From contig CAVRCI010000013.1 of NCBI GenBank assembly GCA_963719495.1, positions 320,001-384,000 of the forward strand: a stretch of 64,000 nt of DNA, written 5' to 3'. Positions within the stretch are counted from its first letter, which is position 1. Each line of letters opens with the position of its first letter. This document shows, piece by piece, positions 1 to 9,561 of this stretch. The notes beneath the pieces are model-generated. The model was not told the origin of the DNA, did not search any database, and was given only the letters and a program-made list of their open reading frames with translations. Source of the DNA: an uncultured Verrucomicrobiae bacterium. Its GTDB lineage: Bacteria > Verrucomicrobiota > Verrucomicrobiia > Chthoniobacterales > JAATET01. The position numbers and the translations under genes are program-made.

Positions 1-134
1 ATGCTGGGATCGACGTTCGATGGGTCGAAGCTCCCGTCGAATTTGTAGGTCGCCAAGGTCTGGGCCGACAGGTTGGAAACGGCACCCAGCGCGAGGGTCG
101 CGAGGGCGAGGACGCAAGCGGTTTGGAACTTCAT
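1..134 (-). CDS. N-terminus of a secreted protein (runs off the window edge)
   Basis: Minus-strand ATG at 134 preceded by a GAGGA RBS. Reads MKFQTACVLALATLALGAVSNLSAQTLATYKFDG, a typical signal peptide. Confidence 0.7.
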   Translation of the reverse strand, partial: MKFQTACVLALATLALGAVSNLSAQTLATYKFDGSFDPSNVDPS

Positions 135-276
135 AACGGGTTCCTCAATAAGACGGGGTGCGCAGACCGTCAATGATGTTTCGTTGGCGCTGTCAACCGA
201 GAAACCGGGAATTTTTTGCGATCACCTAATCGCTTGCGCGCCCGCCACGGCGCGGCGAGGGTCCCGGCTCGCGCGC

Positions 277-1620
277 ATGGGGGAGAGATTTTGGAACGCG
301 GATTTTCCGTTTCGGCCGGAGCGATTTCCGATTTTTTACGGCTGGGTGATCGTGGTCGCGGCGACCATCGGGATCGTCGTGAGCCTGCCGGGACAGACGA
401 TGGGGGTGAGCGTCTTCACCGAGTCGCTCATGGCGAATCTCGGCCTCACGCGAACCCAGCTCAGTCTCGCCTATTTGATCGGGACCACGGGCAGCGGCCT
501 CCTGCTGCCGCGCGCCGGGATGCTGCTCGACCGCTTCGGGGCGAGGCGGACGATGACGGTGTCGACGCTGCTCTTCGGCGCGGTCGTGGCGATGCTGGCC
601 GGGAGCGACGGCGTGGCGCGGGCGGTTCGGAGTCTGCCGGGTCTGGGCGACGCGTGGCAGGTGTCGCTGGTCGTGATCGCGGTCGGTTTTTTTCTGATTC
701 GATTTCTCGGCCAGGGCATGGTGACGGTCACCTCGCGGGCGATGCTGGGGAAGTGGTTCGACCGGCGGCGCGGCATGGTTCTGGCGATCAGCGGGGTGGC
801 GGTGTCGTTCGCGTTTTCGTCCGCACCACAGCCGCTCAATTCGCTCATCGAATCCGTCGGCTGGCGCGGAGCCTACCTCTGGATGGGCGGCGGGCTCGCG
901 CTCGGCGTCGCGGCCATGGCGTGGCTGGTCTTTCGTGACAACCCGGAGGAATGCGGTCTCGAAATGGACGGCGGCCCGGGAACGGGCGACCCGGGTCGCG
1001 AGAATCCCGACCGCGTGATCGTGCGGGACCTCACGCGGGCCGAGGCAATGCGGACGTTTTCGTTCTGGGCGTTCAATTTCGGCACGGCCTGGCAGGCGCT
1101 CGCGATCACGGCCTACACCTTTCACGTCGTGTCGATCGGAGCCGAGGCCGGCTCGGACAAGGCGCACGTGCTGGGGCTCTTCCTCCCGATGGCGATGGTC
1201 GGCGTGTTCACGAATTTCCTCTCCGGCTGGGTCGGCGACAAGACGCGGGCGAAATACGTCCTCATGCTCCTCACGTCCGGCCTCACCATCGCGGGTCTCG
1301 GCATGGCTTGGTTGGCGGAGCCCGTCGGCCGCCTCCTGCTCATCGCGGGTCTCGGGATCTCGGGCGGCGCGTTTCAGACGACGATCGGGCTCGTCTGGCC
1401 GCGCTACTACGGGCGCACGCACCTTGGCGCGATCAGCGGGGCGAACATGGCGACCATCGTGCTGGCGAGCGCGCTGGGACCCTACGTTTTCAGCCTCTCG
1501 AAGGAGTTCCTCGGCAGCTACCACGTCGGGTTTCTCATCACGGCCATCGTCCCGGCGTCGCTGACGGTTGCCGCGTTTTTCGCCGATAATCCGCAGCGGC
1601 GAATGGCGGAGCGGGCGTAG
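277..1620 (+). CDS. MFS transporter
   Basis: About 12 hydrophobic segments, GMLLDRFGARR motif A and an FYGW N-terminal signature. Start moved to ATG 277. Confidence 0.9.
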   Translation: MGERFWNADFPFRPERFPIFYGWVIVVAATIGIVVSLPGQTMGVSVFTESLMANLGLTRTQLSLAYLIGTTGSGLLLPRAGMLLDRFGARRTMTVSTLLFGAVVAMLAGSDGVARAVRSLPGLGDAWQVSLVVIAVGFFLIRFLGQGMVTVTSRAMLGKWFDRRRGMVLAISGVAVSFAFSSAPQPLNSLIESVGWRGAYLWMGGGLALGVAAMAWLVFRDNPEECGLEMDGGPGTGDPGRENPDRVIVRDLTRAEAMRTFSFWAFNFGTAWQALAITAYTFHVVSIGAEAGSDKAHVLGLFLPMAMVGVFTNFLSGWVGDKTRAKYVLMLLTSGLTIAGLGMAWLAEPVGRLLLIAGLGISGGAFQTTIGLVWPRYYGRTHLGAISGANMATIVLASALGPYVFSLSKEFLGSYHVGFLITAIVPASLTVAAFFADNPQRRMAERA

Positions 1621-1699
1621 ATTTTTCGCGTTTTCGAGACCTCGAGAGATTTGCGAATGCCCGTTTCCCGGTCCGCGAAACTTCTGCTACGTTCCGCCG

Positions 1700-3307
1700 A
1701 TGCTGACGATTCGTGATCTCAAAAAGAGCCATGGCGGCCGCGTTCTCTTCGAGAAAGCCTCCATGCAAGTGAACTACGGCGAGCGGGTGGCGCTCGTCGG
1801 GCCCAACGGCGCCGGGAAATCCACCCTCTTCTCGATCATCCTGAAAAACGACAGTCCCGACTCCGGCACCGTCGACCGCGACGAGTGGACCATGGTCGGC
1901 TACCTCCCGCAGGAGGGCGAAGCCGCCGGGGAAGAGACCGTCATGGACATCGCCACCGGCCGCGCGGGCGAGATCGCCGCCCTCGACAAAAAACTCCGCG
2001 CCTTCGAGCAGGACGGCAACGTCGACAGCCCGGAATACAACGAGGCCAACATGCAGTTCGAAGCCCTCAACGACCCCCAGGTCGAGGCCAAGGCGAAGTC
2101 CATCCTCGCGGGCCTCGGCTACAGCGAAGCCGGCTTCACCCGCCCGGCCAAGGAGCTGAGCGGCGGCTGGGTGATGCGCGCCCACCTCGCCCGCCTCCTC
2201 GTCATGCAGCCCGACCTGCTCCTCCTCGACGAGCCGACCAACCACCTCGACCTCAACTCCCTCCTCTGGCTCCAGGAATACCTCAAGACCTACTCCGGCG
2301 CCGTCCTCATGATCTCGCACGATCGCTACTTCATGGACGAGCTCGCGCAGACGGTCTACGAGATCTCGAACCAGCGCCTCGTCACCTACAAGTCGAATTA
2401 CACGCAGTTCCTCGAGCAACGCCTCGCGAACTACGAAAACAACATCGCCGCCTACAAAAATCAGCAGAAGCAAATCAAGGCGCTCACCGAATTCATCGAC
2501 AAATTCCGCTCCGTCTCCTCGAAAGCCGCCCAAGCCCAAAGCCGCCAGAAGGAACTCGAGCGCATGGAGCTCGTCGAGAAGCCGCTCCCGCCGAAGAAGC
2601 CGTTCAAGTTCCAAATCCCCCAACCCGAACGCGGCGGCCAGCGCGCGATCTCGCTCGAGCACGTCGACTTCGCCTACGGAAAACACGTCGTCTACGAAGA
2701 CCTCGACCTCTCCGTCGAACGCGGCGAGCGCACCGTCCTCGTCGGCCCCAACGGCGCGGGCAAATCGACCCTCCTCAAGCTCCTCGCCGGCGTCCTCCAG
2801 CCCCAGAGCGGCCGCGTCAACGAAGGCCACAACGCCAAGATCGGCTACTTCAGCCAGCACCGCGCCGACACGCTCGACCCGGAAAAAACCGTCCTCGAAG
2901 AAGTCCTCGAAGCCGGCAACGGGATCCGCGAAGAGGACGCCCGCGGCATCCTCGGCACCTTCCTCTTCCGCAAGGACGCCATCTACAAGAAGACCGCCGT
3001 CCTCAGCGGAGGCGAGAAAAGCCGCCTGAACCTCATCAAATTCCTCGTCGACCCGCCGAATCTCCTCCTCATGGACGAGCCCACGACCCACTTGGACATC
3101 CACACCGTGGAATCCCTGATCCTTGCGCTCCAGGACTACGACGGCACCCTCGTCTTCATCTCCCACGACGTCCACTTCATCCGCCAGCTCGCCAACAAAG
3201 TCCTCCACGTCAACAACGGTCAGATCATCCCGTATCCCGGCGGCTACGACTACTTCCTCGAGAAGTCCGCTGCCATGGACGACCGAGCCGCCGTCACGAT
3301 GGCGTAG
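1700..3307 (+). CDS. ABC-F family ATP-binding protein
   Basis: Two ABC domains (GPNGAGKST twice, LSGGW/LSGGE, LLLDEPTNHLD/LLMDEPTTHLD) and no TM segments. Confidence 0.93.
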   Translation: MLTIRDLKKSHGGRVLFEKASMQVNYGERVALVGPNGAGKSTLFSIILKNDSPDSGTVDRDEWTMVGYLPQEGEAAGEETVMDIATGRAGEIAALDKKLRAFEQDGNVDSPEYNEANMQFEALNDPQVEAKAKSILAGLGYSEAGFTRPAKELSGGWVMRAHLARLLVMQPDLLLLDEPTNHLDLNSLLWLQEYLKTYSGAVLMISHDRYFMDELAQTVYEISNQRLVTYKSNYTQFLEQRLANYENNIAAYKNQQKQIKALTEFIDKFRSVSSKAAQAQSRQKELERMELVEKPLPPKKPFKFQIPQPERGGQRAISLEHVDFAYGKHVVYEDLDLSVERGERTVLVGPNGAGKSTLLKLLAGVLQPQSGRVNEGHNAKIGYFSQHRADTLDPEKTVLEEVLEAGNGIREEDARGILGTFLFRKDAIYKKTAVLSGGEKSRLNLIKFLVDPPNLLLMDEPTTHLDIHTVESLILALQDYDGTLVFISHDVHFIRQLANKVLHVNNGQIIPYPGGYDYFLEKSAAMDDRAAVTMA

Positions 3308-3375
3308 GACCACGGAGCGGCAAAAGCGGACAGCCGCCGCCGAGTCTTAAGCGAGTTGGCAGGCAGCCGAAGGCT

Positions 3376-3436
3376 GCCCCATCCAACCCCGCTGTCATGC
3401 TGAGCGAAGCGAAGCATCTCTGGCTTCTCACCGCAT
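3376..3436 (+). repeat. 61-bp repeat containing a GTCATGCTGAGCGAAGCGAAG REP-like arm (copy 1)
   Basis: 53/61 identical by hand alignment to 4703-4763. Core also matches 50163-50200. Confidence 0.85.
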
Positions 3437-3470
3437 TCCACGGATGAACCAATCCGGTCCCAGCACGAAT

Positions 3471-3538
3471 CTTTATTAACGCGGCTCGCTAATAAAGTTT
3501 TCGTCCATTTTCTTTACTTAAGCACTTTACTGATAAAG
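3471..3538. promoter_or_regulatory. Putative operator pair upstream of the Fic gene
   Basis: Perfect inverted repeat CTTTATTA-N11-TAATAAAG at 3471-3497 and a degenerate second copy at 3512-3538, in an AT-rich patch. Confidence 0.55.
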
Positions 3539-3559
3539 TTTTTCAGCTATTCCAAGATC

Positions 3560-4684
3560 GTGGCGGCTTTTGAATCAGGAAATTGGGTGAAAAGGACCGA
3601 ATACAGCAGCTTCGAGCCATCGCGGATCAACCATGCGTGGCAGATCGACGAGCCTCGCATCTGGGAAGCCCTCAGCCGGGCGGACCGCCACCTTGGGCGG
3701 CTCGACATGTTCTCCGAATACGTCCCGAATCTCGACCTCTTCGTGCGAATGCACGTCGTGAAAGAAGCCACGCAATCGAGCAAGATCGAAGACACTCTCA
3801 CCGAAATGGAGGAAGCCGTCCTTCCAGAGGAAGAGGTTGAACCCGAGCGTCGCGACGACTGGCGGGAGGTCAACAGACTCATCGATGCGATGCGCGGTGC
3901 CACGGCGCGGCTCGAGACGCTCCCCTTCTCGATGCGGCTGCTCTGCGAAGCCCACGCAACCCTCATGGCGGGCGTGCGCGGCGAGCGGAAAACGCCCGGA
4001 GAATTCCGCCGGAGTCAGAATTGGATCGGAGGATCCAACCCCGGTAACGCGCGCTTCGTCCCGCCCGTCCACGAGAACGTCCCCGACCTCATGGGTGACC
4101 TCGAGCTGTTCGCCCACAATCGAGACCTTCACCTTCCGCCGCTCCTGAAAGCCGCGATCATGCACTATCAGTTCGAGACGATTCATCCGTTTTTGGACGG
4201 CAACGGACGCATCGGTCGGCTCATGATTCCCCTCTATTTTCTCTCCGAGCAAATCCTCAAGCAACCCGTGCTCTATTTGTCGGACTACTTCGAACGCAAC
4301 CGGGAAGAATATTACCACCGGCTGACGCGGGTCCGGCACGACGGCGCGATGAACGAATGGCTGCACTTCTTCCTGGATGGCATCACCGAGACCGCCAGCC
4401 TCGGTGTGAAAACTTTTGACCGCATCCTCCAATTTCAGCGCGACTGGGAGAGCGAAATCCACCAATGGAAACCCCGGGGTTCCGCTGGCCTGGCCCTGTT
4501 TCGCCACCTCTTCATCCACCCGACGGTGAACGCCCAGCAAGTCGCCGAGGTGACCTCCGTCTCGCTGCCGACGGCGTATAAGCTGATCGAGCGATTCGTC
4601 GCGCGCGGCTTGCTCAAGGAAGTCACCGGGGCGAAGCGCGGTCGGCTCTTCCTCTTCGAGCCCTACCTCGCGCTGTTTCGCTGA
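3560..4684 (+). CDS. Fic family protein with C-terminal HTH-like region
   Basis: Canonical HPFLDGNGRIGR Fic motif, SSKIED inhibitory-helix-like motif and PGEFRRSQNWIG. Confidence 0.92.
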   Translation: MAAFESGNWVKRTEYSSFEPSRINHAWQIDEPRIWEALSRADRHLGRLDMFSEYVPNLDLFVRMHVVKEATQSSKIEDTLTEMEEAVLPEEEVEPERRDDWREVNRLIDAMRGATARLETLPFSMRLLCEAHATLMAGVRGERKTPGEFRRSQNWIGGSNPGNARFVPPVHENVPDLMGDLELFAHNRDLHLPPLLKAAIMHYQFETIHPFLDGNGRIGRLMIPLYFLSEQILKQPVLYLSDYFERNREEYYHRLTRVRHDGAMNEWLHFFLDGITETASLGVKTFDRILQFQRDWESEIHQWKPRGSAGLALFRHLFIHPTVNAQQVAEVTSVSLPTAYKLIERFVARGLLKEVTGAKRGRLFLFEPYLALFR

Positions 4685-4702
4685 ACCCGAGGCCGGCAAC
4701 CC

Positions 4703-4763
4703 GCCCCGTCCGACCCCGTCGTCATGCCGAGCGAAGCGAAGTATCTCCGGCTCCTCACCGCAT
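4703..4763 (+). repeat. 61-bp repeat (copy 2), direct repeat of 3376-3436
   Basis: Direct sequence comparison. Confidence 0.85.
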
Positions 4764-4808
4764 CGCACTTCCGCACGGAGGTCCGCCTTCGGAGACCCAA
4801 ACCACCTT

Positions 4809-6218
4809 CTAAAACGTCACCGAGTAATTGAGAATCACCCGGAAATCCTCCGCCGTCACCCCCGCCCCCGGCCCCATTTGGTCGAGCACCCCGTAGCGCA
4901 CCCGAAACCAGACCCCGTCGAGATTCGCCACCTTCGGCCGGTAGTCCAGATTCACGTCGAACTCCCGCTGATTCGGCGAAGCCGTCGGGCCGGCATTCGG
5001 CGTCGCCCCGCCCACCCACGTCGTCGAAGCCGCCACGCCTTCAAGGCCCAAGCCGCTGAAATCGTAAGACAGCGCGACCCGCAGGGACTTCTCGCCCGCC
5101 CGGTCGAAGTCCGCGATCAAGGCGGAATTGAAACTCGGCGACCCACCCCACGGCTTCCGGATGCCCGCCGTGTCCGAAGTCCACGTCCCGGACACCGACG
5201 CGATCAGCGATTCGTAACCAACCGACGCGACCACACCGCCCGATTGCACGTCGAATCCGCCGACCAACTCCCGACCCACGCTCCGCTGATCCGCGAACTG
5301 CGCGCCCACGCTCAAAGTCATCGCCTCGCCGATCCGGTGCAGATACTCGCCCTCCGCGTAGAACGTATTGAACGTGTCCCACCCGACCTCGTTCACCACG
5401 CTGAGAAACGTCTCCTCGCCAAAATCATACCGCGCCCCCGCGATCGTCACACCCAGGTCCGTCCCGTCCGCACCCGCGACGTCGGACATCGCGTCGAAGG
5501 CCGTCGCCGTCCGCGGCTTGATCGCCGACACGTGCGCGGCCCCGAAACGGAGATGCTCCCAATCCCGCGATTCGACGCCGACGGCTTCAAACGTATTCGG
5601 CGTCATCCGCGAGTCGTTCGCGTTGATGAACGGAAGATCGATCCGCTGCCGCCCCACCCGCAGCGTCGTCTTCCGAACCCGCAGATCCGCGTAAGCGACG
5701 CCCAATGCCGTGTAGCCACGCTGCCCCGAAGCCAGCAACCCCGATCCATCCCGGTCGGCCGGACCGTCAAGCCGCTGCGAAGTGTAGCCGGTCAATCCGA
5801 TCCGAAAAAAGTCCCGCCACCAACCCGTCCGCAAACCGAACGCCCCACCGTAAGCCGCCGCCTCCGACCGCGAGCCATCCAGATTCCGGGCGTTCCGAAA
5901 ATACCACCTCGGCGCGATGGCGAATTTCAGATCCCGGGCAAACGGGTTGACCCCCGCAAAATAGCGTCGCCGCAGATTCGCCAGCACCTGACTCGGCAAG
6001 ACTCCCCCGTCGAGCGCCGACCATTCATGGATCGACCCGATGCCATCCCCCGCCGAAGGCGACCGCGTCAGCGAAGGCGGCGTCCCACTCTCCGCCGTCG
6101 ACACCTCCGGCGGAGCCGCGAGGACCCCGCCGATCCCAATCAACACGATCAAAGCCGCGACGAGTGCCCGGCGGAAACGCGCCCATCTCACCCACCTCGA
6201 TTTGCCGCTCCCTACCAT
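4809..6218 (-). CDS. OprD family outer membrane porin
   Basis: Signal peptide, GRQRIDLPFINANDSRMTPNTF motif, alternating beta-strand pattern and C-terminal aromatic residue (LNYSVTF). Confidence 0.8.
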   Translation of the reverse strand: MVGSGKSRWVRWARFRRALVAALIVLIGIGGVLAAPPEVSTAESGTPPSLTRSPSAGDGIGSIHEWSALDGGVLPSQVLANLRRRYFAGVNPFARDLKFAIAPRWYFRNARNLDGSRSEAAAYGGAFGLRTGWWRDFFRIGLTGYTSQRLDGPADRDGSGLLASGQRGYTALGVAYADLRVRKTTLRVGRQRIDLPFINANDSRMTPNTFEAVGVESRDWEHLRFGAAHVSAIKPRTATAFDAMSDVAGADGTDLGVTIAGARYDFGEETFLSVVNEVGWDTFNTFYAEGEYLHRIGEAMTLSVGAQFADQRSVGRELVGGFDVQSGGVVASVGYESLIASVSGTWTSDTAGIRKPWGGSPSFNSALIADFDRAGEKSLRVALSYDFSGLGLEGVAASTTWVGGATPNAGPTASPNQREFDVNLDYRPKVANLDGVWFRVRYGVLDQMGPGAGVTAEDFRVILNYSVTF

Positions 6219-6418
6219 CCGGGGAGCGAATACCAGACATCACGCCCGGGATCGAGGCCGAGAAGGCGGATAGCGGGGGGGCAAACATCTTCCGCCAATC
6301 CTTCGGCCAAATCCTTTGGTCGCATCCACCGCACCCACGCCGCCCCGACGTCCAACACCCCATCTCCCCCCCTCGCCGCCGCCTACCGCGCCGGATCCGC
6401 GCCCGCCGCCGCCGAAAT

Positions 6419-7543
6419 TCAGCGATCCGCGGCGTCATCCCGCGCCGCCTCGTTCACGAGCATCTGCCACGACGGAAACCGTCCGGCGTCGGCCCCGAGC
6501 AAATGGCGGACCACCCGCTCCAAGTCGGGATTGAAATAGCTGGCTTCCTGCATCACCGACAGCGACCTCCGCGGATCGTAGAGGCGGCCCGGGCGGTATT
6601 CCTCGAGTCCCGCCTCGGCGCGGCGTCGGTCGAGGTCCACCCGCGAATTCGTCCACTCTTCCCGCGTCTTTTCGCCCATCGCGTAGGGGACGAGGTAATC
6701 GACGGACTTCGCGATGGAGCCACCCTCCGGCGACTCCCAGCGGTAAAGGCCGGCCCCGTCCTCACCCGACAGCATCGCCAATTCGATCACCGGTCGCAAC
6801 GCGCTGGCGTGGTAGGTGAGCGTGTCGCGGGTCTCGAGGTCCAGGCTGGTCCCGTCCGCGCGCAGGCTCGCCGAAACGAAACGCTTCAGTCCCTCCTCCG
6901 CACTCCGCCGCCACGCGTTCTCGTCGAGAATGCCGCCGATCAGCGACAGCAGCCGCACGTGTTTGGTGTAGCGGTTCGAGAAGTGCGTGGACTCCGCGAC
7001 CGCCCGGGCGTGAAGTTCACCGAGACTTCGCAACCACGCGTCGATGCGCTCGCGGTCCCCCGGCTCGAACGTCCCGCGCAGGTGGTGGTAGGCCACCAGC
7101 AACGGATATAGTTTATTCTCGTTCACGTCGTTGCCGGTCGGGCGGTAGGTCGCCGCCCAAGCGGTCAGAAAATCCCGCAACGTCTCCTCGGCGCGCGGAT
7201 CGCCCGACACCTGCCAGTCCCGCACGAGCACCGCGACGTCGTCCATCTCGCGCAGCTTCGCGACCGTCGCGATCCGCTTCGCGTCGGTGTTCACCAACCC
7301 CTCGTAATCGATGCGCGCCAGTGGCTGCGGCGTCGCGCCAAACAGGGGCCGGGCCTCCGTCCGCACCTCCTCCGCCAACGCCGAGGCCTCCGCGTCCCCC
7401 GCGACCAGTTCGCGCAACCGCTCGACCTGCTCCACGCCGAGTGGAACCACCGGCCGGATCGAAAACTCGCCCACGTCGGCCGCCCCCGTCAACGAGGGCA
7501 GGATCAACAAAACAACAAAACCGGGGAGGCAACGACGGATCAC
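6419..7543 (-). CDS. Alginate lyase domain family protein, secreted
   Basis: Signal peptide after GTG 7543. Helical protein with SNR..H and D...RD.LTYH motifs resembling this family. Confidence 0.6.
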   Translation of the reverse strand: MIRRCLPGFVVLLILPSLTGAADVGEFSIRPVVPLGVEQVERLRELVAGDAEASALAEEVRTEARPLFGATPQPLARIDYEGLVNTDAKRIATVAKLREMDDVAVLVRDWQVSGDPRAEETLRDFLTAWAATYRPTGNDVNENKLYPLLVAYHHLRGTFEPGDRERIDAWLRSLGELHARAVAESTHFSNRYTKHVRLLSLIGGILDENAWRRSAEEGLKRFVSASLRADGTSLDLETRDTLTYHASALRPVIELAMLSGEDGAGLYRWESPEGGSIAKSVDYLVPYAMGEKTREEWTNSRVDLDRRRAEAGLEEYRPGRLYDPRRSLSVMQEASYFNPDLERVVRHLLGADAGRFPSWQMLVNEAARDDAADR

Positions 7544-7684
7544 CCCCGGACTCTCCCGCGATCCCGTTCGGCCAACGAGACATTTTTGCCGCAAGCCGTT
7601 GCCCGCCCCATCCACCCCCAACCCCCACAATTTCCCAACCCCGCGACTTGTGAACCCTCACCCCGCCGCGCTACGTTCGCCTCC

Positions 7685-8863
7685 ATGGCAGCGGTATTGG
7701 CACTCGAGGACGGACGGGTTTTTCGCGGGGACGCCTTTGGCGCGACCGCCACGACGGTCGGCGAAATTTGTTTCAACACGGCGATGACCGGATACCAGGA
7801 GATCCTCACCGATCCCTCCTACCGCGGCCAGATCGTCGCCATGACCGCGCCCCAGATCGGCAACTACGGGTCCAACGACCTCGACGTCGAGAGCGACACG
7901 CCGCACGTCCGCGGGTTCGTCATCGAAGAACTCAGCCGCATCCCGAGCAACTGGCGGTCGCAGGCGAGCCTCGAGGATTTCCTCGAGAAAAATGGCATCC
8001 CCGGCATCGAGTCCATCGACACCCGCGCCCTCACCCGCCACCTGCGGACGCGCGGCGCGATGCGGGCCTGCGTGTCGACCGAGGACCTCACCGACGAGCA
8101 GGCGGTCGAGCGCGCCCGCGCCGCGACCTACTCCGAAGTCGATTTCGTCGCCGAAGTCACGCCATCCGAGACCTACGAATGGGACGCCGCCGGCGAACGG
8201 AGCCGCCGCTGGGTGCAGGCGAAGGAAGTCGCCGCCAGCACGGGCGACGCCGACGAGATGGGCAACGTCTTCCAGCCCGCCGTCCCGGTCGAGCGCCGCA
8301 TCGTGGCCTACGACTTCGGGATGAAGAAAAATATCCTGCGCCTCCTGCGCGGCGCGGGCTTCGGCGTCACGGTCGTTCCCGCCCGCACGCCCGCCGCCGA
8401 CGTGCTGGCGCTCGAGCCGGAAGGCGTTTTCCTCTCGAACGGCCCCGGCGACCCCGCCGTCCTCGACTACGCCCACGCCACCGCCCGCGGACTCATCGGC
8501 AAGGTCCCCATTTTCGGCATCTGCCTCGGCCACCAGGTCCTCGGCTACGCCTTCGGCGGCAAGACGTTTAAACTCAAGTTCGGCCACCGCGGCGCGAACC
8601 AACCGGTGAAGGATCTGCGCACGGGCCGCATCTCCATCACGTCGCAGAACCACGGCTACGCGATCGACCCCGATTCGCTGCCCGACGACGTTGAGGTCAC
8701 GCACGTCAACCTCAACGACAACACCGTCGCCGGCATCGCGCACAAGACGCACCCGGTTTTCAGCGTTCAGCATCATCCCGAAGCGTCGCCCGGGCCGCGG
8801 GACGCCGGATATTTCTTTGACCAGTTTGCGAAAACGGTCGATGAATACCGCAAATCCTCCTGA
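7685..8863 (+). CDS. carA: Carbamoyl-phosphate synthase small subunit
   Basis: GEICFNTAMTGYQEILTDPSY, LSNGPGDP, GICLGHQ and QHHPEASPGP motifs. Confidence 0.97.
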   Translation: MAAVLALEDGRVFRGDAFGATATTVGEICFNTAMTGYQEILTDPSYRGQIVAMTAPQIGNYGSNDLDVESDTPHVRGFVIEELSRIPSNWRSQASLEDFLEKNGIPGIESIDTRALTRHLRTRGAMRACVSTEDLTDEQAVERARAATYSEVDFVAEVTPSETYEWDAAGERSRRWVQAKEVAASTGDADEMGNVFQPAVPVERRIVAYDFGMKKNILRLLRGAGFGVTVVPARTPAADVLALEPEGVFLSNGPGDPAVLDYAHATARGLIGKVPIFGICLGHQVLGYAFGGKTFKLKFGHRGANQPVKDLRTGRISITSQNHGYAIDPDSLPDDVEVTHVNLNDNTVAGIAHKTHPVFSVQHHPEASPGPRDAGYFFDQFAKTVDEYRKSS

Positions 8864-8867
8864 CCGC

Positions 8868-9377
8868 ATGAACAAGCTTCGCATTACCCTCCCGGACGGC
8901 ACCCCCGCCACCCACGACCTCGGCGAAGACCGCGTCTCCGTCGGCCGCCTCCCCGACAACGACCTCCAGATCGAGGACGATTCCGTCTCCAGCCACCACG
9001 CCGAGATCACCTACGACGGGTCCGCCCACCAGCTCAAGGACCTCGGCTCGACCAACGGCACCTTCGTCAATGGCAAGCAGGTGACCGAAGCCACTCTCGT
9101 GGCTTCCGATCAGGTTCGTTTCGGCCAGATCGATTGCGCCTTCGAAGGCGACACAGCCGCCCCCGGCTCCGAGCCACTTCCCACCTCGGGTCCAGCCCAG
9201 GTCGCCCTCGGCGAAGGCAGCGCCCGCCCAGCGGGATTCGTGAACGCCTCGCCTTTCCCGAAACTCGTCGAGCAGTCCGGCCCCATCGCCAAAGTTGCGG
9301 TCACCTTCGCCGTCCTCGGCGCGCTGGCATTCGCTGCAGCCGTCGCGCTTACCTTGCAAATGCAGGCCCCGGTCTAA
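8868..9377 (+). CDS. FHA domain protein with C-terminal TM helix
   Basis: GR...ND, VSSHHA and DLGSTNGTFVNG FHA motifs. Confidence 0.9.
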   Translation: MNKLRITLPDGTPATHDLGEDRVSVGRLPDNDLQIEDDSVSSHHAEITYDGSAHQLKDLGSTNGTFVNGKQVTEATLVASDQVRFGQIDCAFEGDTAAPGSEPLPTSGPAQVALGEGSARPAGFVNASPFPKLVEQSGPIAKVAVTFAVLGALAFAAAVALTLQMQAPV

Positions 9378-9391
9378 AGCGGGGCGAAAGC

Positions 9392-9422
9392 TCCGTGCCC
9401 ATCGGCTTCCAGCCGATCACCA
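9392..9422 (+). repeat. REP-like hairpin ATCGGC-TTCCA-GCCGAT
   Basis: 31 bp identical to 13882-13912. Inverted copies at 31372-31394 and 46377-46405. Confidence 0.85.
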
Positions 9423-9561
9423 CCCAGCAATCGGCACCCAGCCGATTCAAAACCATCCGCGAAACGCCGGGACAACCCGCGAAGCAAGAAATTCCCCGCC
9501 CGCCGGATTTCCCCCCGGCGAGGTTGACACCAGCCGGGAAGGCGGGAAAGTCTGTTCGTCC

